Below are positions 1 to 11,100 of a stretch of 64,000 nucleotides of DNA, piece by piece. How positions within the stretch are numbered: the stretch's first letter is position 1; each line of letters starts with the position of its first letter. The DNA is from Rhodosorus marinus CCMP1338 (lineage: Eukaryota; Plantae; Rhodophyta), in assembly GCA_029953675.1 (NCBI GenBank), contig JAMWBK010000011.1:1364001-1428000 (forward strand). The letters run 5' to 3'. The notes under the pieces were generated by a model, which was given only the letters and a program-made list of their open reading frames with translations, was not told the DNA's origin and did no database searches. A program made the position numbers and the translations under genes.

Positions 1-3000
1 AGTTTGGGTCTGACCATGCGGAGTTCACCAACCACAGAGCGTGGGTGTATCCATGTCGTCGCTTCCGTAACCGAGTCGATATGCTGCCGCCAGCTCTGGG
101 AAGTGTTTGTCGACAAGCTTCTTAGCCACGCGTCGATCAATTCGGTTAAATGCATTCTCAAGGTCAAGCCTGAGGACCACTGAATCAGGTTCGCATGACA
201 AGTGGGCCTGGATCGCATGCAGCGAGCGTTCACACCCGCCGCTGACGCCAATACCGAGTTGTAGTGGCACCAGGAGCTTGCGCACCCCGTCGACTACAGC
301 GCGAAGGGCCCGCTGCGTCGCTAGCTTTCGTAGAACCTCTGGTACGCCGATGGGCCGAACGCCGGGGTTTTCCTGGGGTGCTGATCCTTGCTTAGGCTTC
401 GCGAATGGTAGGAGTCTGCTGCTGCGAAGGGCGCGAGTCAGAGTCGGGGAGAATTTCTCCGGAGCGGATGCGAGTTGTCGCAGTGTGGACGCGCGTCATC
501 AGCGTGTTGTCTCTCGCTTCTCAGGGTAGTTAGCCTCTGAATAAACGGATCATCATCACTCGAATCAATGCCACTTGTGTCTGTTCAGTTCCACCTTGTG
601 TTTGTTCCGCTCGGAGTCCGCTAGGGCCCGGGCTCTTGACCCTGAGGGAGACGTGCCACAACGGACAGGAGTCCCTCTTCAGCCGCCGTTGTCGGATCCG
701 ACCTGTGCTTAAGGGCGTCGGTATCCAGGTTGAGGGAGTTCAGCTCTTGTGCGACCTCGTCGGGAAGGTCACCCCCGGCCGGGTCGGGAAAGAGCGCTTT
801 GAGTTGGCGCCAGGTAGCCTCCGCAAAAGGTGCCATCTCGGTGGCCTGTAGTCGACGGGCAGCATCTGAGAGCCGCCCCAAATGTGCTAGCTTCAAAGCT
901 TGCTTGTGGCGCCCCAGAATTTGGCGTCGAAAGGCGTCAGCTCCTTCCAGTGCGATTGTATGCGGCAGCGTAGACGCCTTGTCTTCTAGCGCGCTCCATA
1001 CCGTAGAGAATTCTCCTTCAAGTACGTGCGTTGCCTGAGTGCCAGGATCAAGTGCAGAGTGTCCAAGCACGAGGCCGGGAAGTCCGACAAGAAGCAGGCT
1101 GGCGTTCGGTGGTGCGCTGCTGTCCATGGCAAGCTCTAGTGCCGCACGGAGAAGGCGGTTCCACGTATTGACCTGGGCGCGTGGCAGGAATCGCCCTGTG
1201 GGCACCGGACAGTGTGTAAGACGCGTCCACTGCCTGCCTCCTTCCGTCACGTCGTCGACGAAGTCGCTCCACCGTTTAATCCAGTCTTGAAGATCCGAGA
1301 AGAACCTAGGCTCGTCGCGGCGTCGCTTCATTCCCCTACTTCTGCTTGGCATTATTGCGTTGTGTTTTCCTCGCGATCCTACGTGTCCATTGCGTGTTGG
1401 TTAGGGTGAGTATCCGCCTGGCTCACATTCGTATTCTTCGGGGTCTCCATTGATACCGGGGTCATCTCTGTATCTGGTCCGGGGCCAGCAGCGGATACTC
1501 GCTGACGCTTCTGTTGAGGTGGCTCCGGAAGGTTGCAGGGGAGTTCCGCGTGGGGATTGTCCTCGCGGTCAGTCTCCGCCGGTACTTGGGATGTTGCCCC
1601 GGAATCACCCTGAGTGTCAACAATCGCACGGGCTGCCTGTGCGTCACCCTGAAGAGACGAGGCTTCAGCGTCTGAGCTCGTTGCGGCTGCAGGCTCTGGG
1701 GGTTCCGCGCTCTCCCCGGGTACCGCGGGCGGAGATTGTCTTGCTTTGAGGAGTTCCAGTCGTGCCTCAAGATACTCGTGGAGCGCTGCGAGAGTATTGG
1801 AGGAGAGATGCCGCCGGCGGATCTTCGAACGAGTCCAGATAAGCTGTTCGATGGCCCGCTTCAGAGTTTGGGCCGCAATATCTGCGGGGCAATACCTTGG
1901 CGTTCTAGGTAGCCGAGCAGGTTGTCAGGCTACAGAGTCTCGCCAGTGTACAGGCTCACTTGACAATCCGCGTGTCGCAGGGTAAAGGATCCGAAAATCC
2001 CTGTTCGGAAAACTCCCCGAGAAATCGCGCTTTGTAGAATCGGGATCGCATCTGGATGGAAGAGCATGCAGGCATGGGATGCAATGAAGTCCACATGTGC
2101 CGCATAGGAGCTGGGGATCCTCAGTATTCTGCAAAGAACCGCTAAAAAGTCCGCGGGAGCCACCTCATCCATCCTGGGGGGTCGCACGTTCCGTAGGGAG
2201 GCGAGGACCGGTGTGACGTCGGGTCCCCAGCCTGACCCCCCGACCGTTGCGTGCAATTACCGCAGAGCTGCCTGCTGGGTCTGCGGTCCTGGGCGTGCAA
2301 CAGTTCTGAATCGAGCATCTCCTCTTCCTGGGGCGCACTGAGCTGCGAAATCGGCGTACGTTGGCCTGGCATTGCCGTTCCCAATGGCTGGGAAAGCCTC
2401 TGCATATTGCCCTGGATCGAGGACACCTGTCTCTCTCGGGCGCATGGAGCGAGTTCCTAAATCTTGGGCACCTGTCCTTGTCTGGTTATATCTGGGTATC
2501 CACGTCCCCAGATCTCCGGTCCCGTCCGAGATTTGAATTTGCTGGCGTCGTTGCATAACGGCCCTGTTGATCTCCTGTTGCTGTCTCCGTGGGGGGGGAG
2601 AATTCTCGCTTCCCTGGCCCCAAGTCCACATCTGGGGCGAGTCTGCTAGCTGGTGGAGGCGTCGAGTGACGCCAGTGAGGTCGCTGGTGCTCCCAATGCG
2701 GGAGTACAACTTAAAGCTCGCCTTGTAGAACTCCTCCACGGCTGCTTCCCCAATGCCCACACCATAACAAAACTGGTCACAGGTGCGCAGCTGTTGCATG
2801 AAAGAGGCGGCTGGATCATTAGTGGCATCAGTCTCATTCCTGCTCCCTGCCTGCGTAACGTCTTCTGCTGGTGTCGATGTCCTTGGTTGCTGCTCTGCTC
2901 CCACAGCGCGGAGCTGTAGTGCATGTAACACTTCCATGGCACCCGGTGCCGGTGGACCGGGGATGAGAATTGGCTCTGGGTACGGCCCCCGCACCTCCCG

Positions 3001-3060
3001 CACTATCATATTCTTCTGGTTTCCGAATTCCAACTTTGCTCCACGCCAACCCCAGAGCTT
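1..3060 (-). mobile_element. Family A CRE-like non-LTR retrotransposon, 5' half: degenerate ORF1 (~3033-1355) plus start of ORF2/RT, running off the window start
   Basis: ORF2 starts MPSRSRG at 1352. After the insert at 481-598 it reads RPIGVPEVLRKLA...LQLGIGVSGGCE...RLDLENAFNRIDR (early RT motifs), near-identical to the A copy at 34246-34600. ORFs 2257-3033, 1930-2256 and 1462-1770 share one frame, broken by stops. Confidence 0.85.
481..598 (+). mobile_element. Short 3'-end fragment of family D2, inserted antisense into the family A RT
   Basis: Encodes DARHQRVVSRFSG*, matching 18185-18229 (DARHQRLVSRFSG*), followed by an ATC-rich tail. The A frame (PGP-GLRAE / LRQLASAP) resumes on both sides. 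Confidence 0.8.
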
Positions 3061-3086
3061 TTACCCCAAACTAACCCAACCACCCC

Positions 3087-3693
3087 AGGTTACCCCAGAC
3101 TAACGTAACCGTAAGCTTTACTGGGCAGCTGCTTACTGCAGCGTAACACTACTTCTATCGCTATCTAGGGGAATACTTACTACAACCCCGCTACCGGGGT
3201 CTCATGCTACGTTCTAAAGAAAAAAAAGGCACCAGTGGATTCTCCAACTGGTCCACGCGCAAAGCGCTTAGCGCTATCTCCGCATTACCTCGCCAAAGTT
3301 GCCGGTTTATCTGCGATCTTATATCGCTCAGTTCTAGTCTCCTGTGCAAGAAATGCTTGCAGCTGTCCGGCAGAAACTCCTGTGCCATCGGTCCAGTCCG
3401 CCCAAATGTTTCTATTGCAATTGGGATGAACTTGTCATCCGGGTGTTCTAGCGTCATCGCCTCCTTGTAGTGCGCTTTCTTCCACCTCTCTGCACATCTT
3501 GCTGCATATCCACTCTGCTCCTGACTACGCCTCAGATACTTCCCTGGCAAAGGAGACATAACCGTCACGTCAAGCGCATACCGTTGAAATGTCCTCGGAT
3601 GCGTAGCAATGATGTCTGGCCGTAGCCCGTAGTTTTCAAAATACTTCTCTGGCTCCTGCTCGATGTCCACAAAGTTCCATCTGTTCAGCCACC
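3087..3693 (-). mobile_element. Family A 5'-truncated copy (RLE domain, 3' UTR, 16-mer tail)
   Basis: ORF 3191-3670: RPDIIATHP..YALDVTV..PIAIETFG..LWRGNA..ERSMRPR*. Ends GCTGCCCAGTAAAGCTTACGGTTACGTTAGTCTGGGGTAACC. Confidence 0.92.
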
Positions 3694-4955
3694 GTAACCC
3701 CGTAGCCTTTATTGGGCAGCTACCTAATGTAGCGCATCACACGATCACTACGTACGCACTAATCAAACCCGGACCCCCTGTCCAGGCGTCTCATCTAAAT
3801 TCTACTTAGGAGAAATATCGGTCTATCTGCGCGATCTTTCTCGATCGCGGGCTCAACTAGCGCAGCATTGTGCTGCCACAAAATGTGGTTTAATTGACCC
3901 CTCACCGACGATAGATGGTAGTCACGATCATGCAGGTGCGCGCTCGCCGTTCGAAGAAATTCAAGGCTTGCCTGGCCCATTCGACCAAAAGTCTCAAAAA
4001 TGAACGGCACAAGAACCACATCTCGGTTTTCCCCCCTCAGCACTTCCTTACAATTCAACGCCTTCGCTTGTTCTGCTTGTTTCGCAGCATACCCGCAGTT
4101 CCAGCTCGTATGTCTCAACTGATGCCTTTGAAGTGGCGATGTCACCATCATATCCACCACGTACACGCATCCGCTCGTCGGGTGTCGTGCAACGATGTCT
4201 GGTCGAATTCCAGACCCAGAAAAGAACCCCTGAGGTTCTACTTGTATCTCCGTGAAATTCCATAGGTTTAACCATCTACTCAGTTCGACCTTTAGCTCGT
4301 AGTGCCTCTTGGTTCGCATCCCCGATGACTTCCTGCCGTGGTGCAGCCGCTGGATCCCACGCACATCGTGTGGTTGCTCGCAGACTCTGCACGTGTGTGA
4401 CCGGCCTATTCCTTGCAGTGGTAGCCCTAGAAGCATCCGCATGCTCCACAACATCTCATTTCGCGTCAACTGCCGCGGCCCTGTACTAGGACAGTCGCCT
4501 AGTCAGACCCTGCACCTCGTTCCGGATGCCGATTGGATCCTCGCCCGGTCTAGGTCGTCCAGCGTTGAATCCCCAGTAAGCTCCTCAAAGGCTTGTCGGT
4601 GACACTCTCGAGAGAGCGTTTTTGGGATCGGACCGTCAAACCTTTGGGTACCTGTTGTGTCTTCCGCTGTGCCTTCGGCCGAGTCCTCCAGAGGTTGCCA
4701 ATCGGCCAGCCTCTGGATCCGTGCACTGGTCGTCGCTGGCAAACGTCGTCTAATTGCGCGACTTGCCTCCACCAGTTGCCAAGCATCGGTTGCCATCGAA
4801 GTCGCACCCGTGGCAGCGATTCTCCTTGTGCAGCCGCAATGCACTCCTGGGAAAGCCGTTCGAGGTAGCGTGATTCAGTGGTGCTCTCTTGCAGGCTGTG
4901 CTTCCACCCTGCATGGAAGGCAACTGGTTGAATTCTCGTGCGCGTGGCAAAGCCA
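3694..4955 (-). mobile_element. Family B 5'-truncated copy (Zn knuckle + RLE)
   Basis: ORFs 4503-4844 and 3795-4469: CRVC..H, KRHYEL, RPDIVARHP, VVDMMVT, PFIFETFG. 3' UTR ends GCTGCCCAATAAAGGCTACGGGGTTACG. Confidence 0.9.
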
Positions 4956-4974
4956 ACCCCAGACTAACTCCCCC

Positions 4975-6532
4975 GGGTCTAAGGGGGAGAAGCACGATTA
5001 CCTCCCCGGGTACGGCTGCGAGGTCGCAGCCGATGGATTTGCAGTCTTATGTCGTGAAGGAGGGCGGAGACTGGGCATTTGGCGTACGCGTTTATGAAGT
5101 TGGCTCCGGCGTTGGATTTCTCTGGAAAGAGGCTTGCTTTCCCTCCGTGGCAGAATTCCACCTGTCGCCCTACCTCGCGGCGAGCTCTTAGTGGCTGGGA
5201 CCATCCTGGACTTCATCTTTACGAGCCTTGCGAGTAACCTTCGGGACACCGTCATGTACGAATTTTTGGGGGTCATGCCGCGCCTGATTCTGGCCCCAAC
5301 TCACACGCCGGAGCGCAGATGGCGTGTCCAAGATCGGCTTGCCATGTTCCTGAAAGGGGAATGCGAGGTGTTGCAGCAAAGCTACTTGGCGTCGTTGGAA
5401 CCATCCGTTCGTCGGACCCGGGCTGGAACCGTCTCGCCCCTGACGGCTCGAGTACAGAAACGCCGTGCCGGACGAGAATCGATCCCGTTTTTGCTCCTGG
5501 CGTGAACTGCTATGGGGACGAACTGAGGCGATTGAGGACTCACCCGTTGACGGAGTTCTTGCCGATGAGGGAGAAGCTAGCCCCGGGTCACCTGTTGCAG
5601 ATTACTCAGGTCTGAGCCGATTGTGGAGCTCCCGCACTGAAGTGATTCAACATAGCCCTACCTGGGGCCAACACAGTGCCGCTCACGCAATCTTGCTCAA
5701 CTCTCCCATCACACCGCCTACCACCGCCGCTCGCCTTCGCGGCATGGGAGGCCATCTCTCGCACCTGTGCTTAACCACTCTGCCTTCGTCGCCGGGTCAC
5801 CGTCTCGATGCCTTCCAGTTCCGCTCCGCCGCACGGATCTACTTGGGTTTGCCACAAGCGCCGTGGCACTCTAATCGGCCGTCTTTCTGTCAGGGATGAG
5901 AGAGCCGGATTGACGCTAGTGGCTACCACTTCTTGGGTTCATGCGGACTGTTGCGAGGTCTCCGCACGAGCCGCAACACTCGTCTCAAGTACATCCTAAG
6001 CGAATGTTTAACTCGGGTAGGGCATACGGTTGAGGTGGAATCGGAACTACCCAGATCGGTCGCGGACACGGCGCCGCCCCACTGTATCGCAGATCTTCTT
6101 GTATCAGACCCTGCCGCCCGACGCTCAGCATATGTTGACCTTGCGATTACATGCCCTGTGGCGAGCGCCCACCTCACGGCTCCCGCCCGCCGCCGAGGGG
6201 CAGCCGCTTCGACTCTTCGACGAGTGAAGGAACGATGGTATGCTGAGAGCATGGCCAGTCTGCCATACGCCGAGGGTCGCTCCCACCGGTTCCAGCCTTT
6301 CATTGTAGAAAGCTTTGGTCATGTGGATAAGTCGGGTTTTAGAGTGGTTGCGGAAATGTTTTGCTGAGCATCCTACTGAGTACTTGGCGCTTTTACGGCC
6401 GTTGAGTGCCGCCCTGTGGCGATATTCTAGCAGCATGCTTGGCGAGGCGCGACATCGTCGCCTGGATTTGCACGCTTTCCTCCCTAGTTCTTAGTTCATT
6501 TTCACGCCTTGCCTAGCGCATCAGGCTATGCT
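4975..6532 (+). mobile_element. Family C element with a large internal deletion (pre-RT region joined to Zn knuckle/RLE)
   Basis: 5134-5505 resembles the pre-RT segment of D (MPRLIL..RLAMFL vs FPRLVL..KLQMFL). 5465-6494 is the C-family RLE end (IADLLV, YVDLAITCP, PFIVESFG). Confidence 0.85.
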
Positions 6533-6974
6533 GGAAGCGGGCCCCTTTGCCTTGTTCTAGAGATCACGTGACTCAAGAGCCAAGAAAGATGTCTCTAACG
6601 AAAATCGGTCTCTACAAGATTTGGAGGGCTTCTTTGTGGACTCTTACCATTTCGGCCTTGTTGGTTAGATTAAAACGAGTCATCGCGTAGACGGAAAAAA
6701 AAAGCACTATTGCAGTGTAAATGGAAAGTGCCAAACATTGCGGAGGTTCCTTGGCGAGGATTCCATGGTGAAGATATTGTATAGGGCTCTAGGTGGCGTT
6801 GCATGACCTAACGAAGACCCCTGAAAAACCGAGGGCCAAGAAAAAGTTGCGAACTCCCCAAGGGGTGCAAAATTCTTTTGCGACTTTGTGAATGCCTTCG
6901 GAAGTTCCACTTGAGACTTAGTTTCGTGGAGCAAGAATCCGGCTTCAACTAGTGTTTCTAGTCTCCCAAACTAA

Positions 6975-7862
6975 GGTACGTAGGGCTTCAGGCTATGCTA
7001 AGCAGTCCAGTAAAGCGGATTCTCCGTACGAGGCGTCACACTCGCCTCAAGTACATCCTCAGCGAATTTTTGACTCGGATAGGGCATACGGTTGAAGTTG
7101 AGTCGGAACTGCCAAGATCAATCTCGGACTCTGCACCGCCCCGTTGTATAGCCGATCTCCTCGTCTCCGACGCTGCTGCCAGACGCTCAACATATGTGGA
7201 CCTTGCGATTACCTGCCCCGTGGCCAGCGCCCACCTCACCGCAGCCGCCCGCCGCCGGGGGGCCGCGGCTTCAGCCCTTCGAAGAGTTAAGGAACCGGTA
7301 TGCTGAGAGCATGGCCAGTCTGCCTTGCGCTGAGGGTCGCTCTCACCGGTTCCAGCCATTCATTGTGGAAAGCTTTGGTCACGTGGATAAGTCGGGTTTA
7401 GAGTGGTTGCGGAAATGTTTTGCTGAGCATCCTACTGAATATTTGGCGCTCTTGAGGCGTTTAAGCGTCTCCCTTTGGCGATATTCCAGCCACATGCTTT
7501 CCGAGGCGCGCCATCGGCGCCTGGGGTTGCATGCTTCCCTCCCTAGTTATTAGTTCATCTTCACGCCTTGCGTAGCGCTTCAGGCTATGCTAGTAAAGTC
7601 AAGTAAAGTCGGGGGGAGTAAAGCGGAAATGTTTCACTGAGCATCCTGTTGAATACTTGGAACTTTTGCGGCGTTTACGTGTCTCTCTATGGCGATATTC
7701 GAGAAGCATGCTTGCCGAGGCGCGCCATCGGCGCCTGGGTTTGCACGCTTCCCTACCTAGTTCTTAGTTCCTTTTCACGGTTTGCGTAGCGCTTTAGGTT
7801 ATGCTAGTAAAGTCAGTCAGTAAAGCCCAGTAAGCGCAGTAAAGCCCAGTAAAGCCCAGTAC
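6975..7862 (+). mobile_element. Tandem family C 3'-end fragments with (AGTAAAGYCC)n tails
   Basis: RLE fragment ending LHASLPSY* (7553) with tail at 7590-7625; second short copy 7626-7862 ends in AGTAAAGCCC repeats. Confidence 0.88.
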
Positions 7863-8145
7863 AACCAAGCTTTCCCAGATTAACGTAGCCAAGCGCTTAC
7901 CAACCGTGGCGCACAATCGCAAAATCCATCCACGTTTTTCGAGATGTACTGCCGGGGTTTGAAGTGTTTGAGAAAACCAAAGCGCCCTGGTTAGTTCTAG
8001 CCAAAAAAGTCGGATACCAAGCGACCGCGGGGAGCGGTTCTGGGAGAGCGAGAGAGGAGTAGACCAACGAGTACCCACCCGACTGGGACAGAAGTTGTCC
8101 ACCTCCAGGTCCGCGAAGCTGGAGCAACGATCGCCTGCAATACAT

Positions 8146-11100
8146 TCAGCTTGACCTGGACGCTGGATCTTCGCAGCTGCATAGGTTGCCATCTCTACGC
8201 GGGATCTGTGAGATCATGTTTGTTTCACCATCAGTGATCCGACCATGAAGCGACGTCCAAAGAAACGTAACATCGGCGGCAAACTCTAGTAGTCGAGCCC
8301 AAAAAACAAATATAGAGTGCTGTCCCTTCTTCTTACCTCCCCGGGAGGGCATTGAAAGGCTCCCAAGGGGATGCATAAGGCGACTGTTTCGTCAAAGCAG
8401 TCCCCGTCTTGCCCGCAGAAGTCGCCGCAGGCACAGCCACCGGTCTCAAGGTCCAGCAGGACGACCTTTTTAATTTTGATGAAGAGGAACGAACGGGTGC
8501 TCAGTGGACTAGCTCTTGCGAGAACGTTCCGTTGAATTAAGGCTTTCCGGACGCTTACTCCTTCCTCACAACCGGTGCACTCTTCCAGCGGGTGCGTGAC
8601 GGCCGAGGTCACTTGGCACGCCTCGCCACTATCAGTGCAAGTAGGGTATGAGCATTCGATGTCACACCGACAGGCAAGGGTGCCCGGTACGGGAACAGTC
8701 GACTACAGGAGACGAAATTAAGAGAGAGAGCGGGGTTCGCGGCAAAAAATGTCAGACAGTGTTCGCTGGGGGGTGCAACTTCTCAGAGACACTGCGAGGG
8801 CCTACTCCCGGGACGCCATTCAATCTGCAAGGGTCTCCGACCGTCGCCGTTTTTGTAGTGCACTCTAAACCAGTACAAGTGTAGATCGTGCATGTGCTGG
8901 TCTCGTCCAATTTGCAAAAGCAGTCGTCGCCATCTCCGTTAGGGTCAAGTTCAACAGTCTGTGGGAATCGCAAGTTTCCAAAACTGGGTGAGTCAGCTGG
9001 GGCTCGTTCAGGCAGCAAGCCTTACTTGCTTTGTTCCAAGGTGGCGGTTGCATGACACGGCGACGGGTGAAGAAAACCCACTATGCCTTAATGAAAAAGG
9101 TTGCGTACCCCAGGCCTTGTACTGTAGCACAAATCTCCAGTATTTTTGGGCGCGTCAAAAGTGAAACCCACTGAAGTTCCGTTCTCAAGCTCCAGCCGAC
9201 TTTCATATCGGAGACTACATTCATCGATCACCTCACACACGCACACACCCGATTCGGTCTCAACTAGGGTCTGTCAAAAGTAGACAGAGGATGGAGGGGC
9301 ATGTGGACGCATGAACTGAATCAGAGGACATGGTTTGGGGAACAATAGGGAATTCATATTCCTGGAACAGGTTGAAGGCACTTCTTCTTCATCCGGAGAT
9401 GCGAAGTTGTGCAGGAGTGAGACTTGCGCTGTAGGCTTGTTCGCTTACCCCGGCGTTCCCGTTTAAGTTTGTACATGCCACTCCGACCGCCACTATTGTG
9501 GGCTGCGTTGGAATACTGCCGCACAGGGATGAACCGCTATCCAGACACTCCTGATAAACACAGGTATTATAGCAAACGCATTTTCCCTCCGTCGCGTCCA
9601 CAATAGCCCACTGTAAGTGCCCCAGCCCGTCGAGCGTTCGCGGAGAGAAGCAGCAGAGAGCCCACCGGATGACCCAACCGCAGCAAAACCATTTCGCAGC
9701 AGATATCGAAGAGCACGCGGCCAGTCAGGTTTCAGAATTTACAGTCAATACACAGCAAATACTCAGAAGTCATCAGAACAGAAACTTACGCTTGGTTTTT
9801 CGTTGGTACAGTAGGTTGTAGTGGGGCTGCCCTCAAACACGCAATTGTCGCCTACACACCCGAATTCCTCGCACTGGGTTATGCAGAGGCACGTCCCATC
9901 TAGATCTTGAATGGTCTACGTAGGGAGGGCAAGCGGAGGGTGGAGGCGGGGTTGTGAATACAACACGAAAAAAACGGACCCATTAGGTTTCCATGAGCTA
10001 TTTCGTCAGGTGGCCGTCGCAGTGGCAGTGGAGGGGCCAAAATAGGCTGAAAACACCTGCAGCCAAACCACTGCGATTGCTGGATATGGATACACAGACG
10101 ACTTACCCCAGAGACGCCATCGCTTCTGCAGGATTCGCCAATAAACGCCTCCCCCCCGTATAAATGGTCGCATGGAATTTTGGGTGGTGGCCCGCACACG
10201 CACATACCATCATCGCCACGTGAAAATACCTGACAAACCGCATTTACGTACGGTGATTTCAATCGATAGCAAGAAACGGGGCTGCATTAGGTCGCGGGAT
10301 CGTTTCTTTGCCAGATTTCACCTGCTTCTTGAGCAAGGGGGGGGGGGTTATACTGTTGTATATAAAACTCACAGGGGCTGCGTTGGAATTGGATCCATTC
10401 GAATCGAGAGGATAGAGGTTGCACCGTTCGCCGACGTCTACACATTTATCACTTGCAGCAAGGTAGCATGTCGTGTCCTTTGGGCACGGAAAATCTTGAC
10501 AAAAGCAGGTGCTTGAGCCAGCTTCCACAACGAGCACCTGTGCCATGGAAAGAACGCGGGCGTCAGGTTTTCGAGCGCAAGGCGATCGCCTAATCGTCCT
10601 TCTTTTCTATCCCGAGGATGGAACATACCCCGCTATCGCCACTCGAGCTCGTACAGGGGCGGCCAGAAAAACCCTTGGTACCATCAAATTCACACTCAGC
10701 TGCGCAGTAGCATTCGTTTCCTCCATCGAGCAGCAGAAACTGCGTTTAGGGACGTGAGCGTGAGCGTGAGCGATCAACAAAAAAAACCGGAGGGAGGTGG
10801 GTGAACGGCAAATGCGTTGAACAGCTCAGTGAAAAGCAGTTTTCTAGGATCAGCCGGTTTTTGGGAGGGGTTTTCTTACTCCGGGGAGACCGTTCTCATC
10901 ACCGCATGTATCCAGAGGACGGGCGTCTTGCTCGCAGAAGTCCTCGGTACAAGGACATCGGCTAAGCCGGCACAAGCAGTCTTCAGAGTTGGGATCGTTT
11001 ACGAGGACCTGCGCAAAACCCAACGAGAGTTAGAAATTAGTGGAAAGGGCCAGCTGCGGAGCTTTCGACGGATGTCGTTTGGACAGACAAGGCAGGAATT

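Noticed and set aside
1350-1354. TAATG stop-start coupling between family A ORF1 and ORF2
   Set aside because: The TAA is not in the frame of the upstream ORF1 pieces, and the related fragment at 39127-39411 reads through in frame (ACAATG).
3060-3110. A true telomere tract or chromosome end inside the window
   Set aside because: The 16-mer never exceeds about 1.5 perfect units and flanking arrays occur in both orientations.
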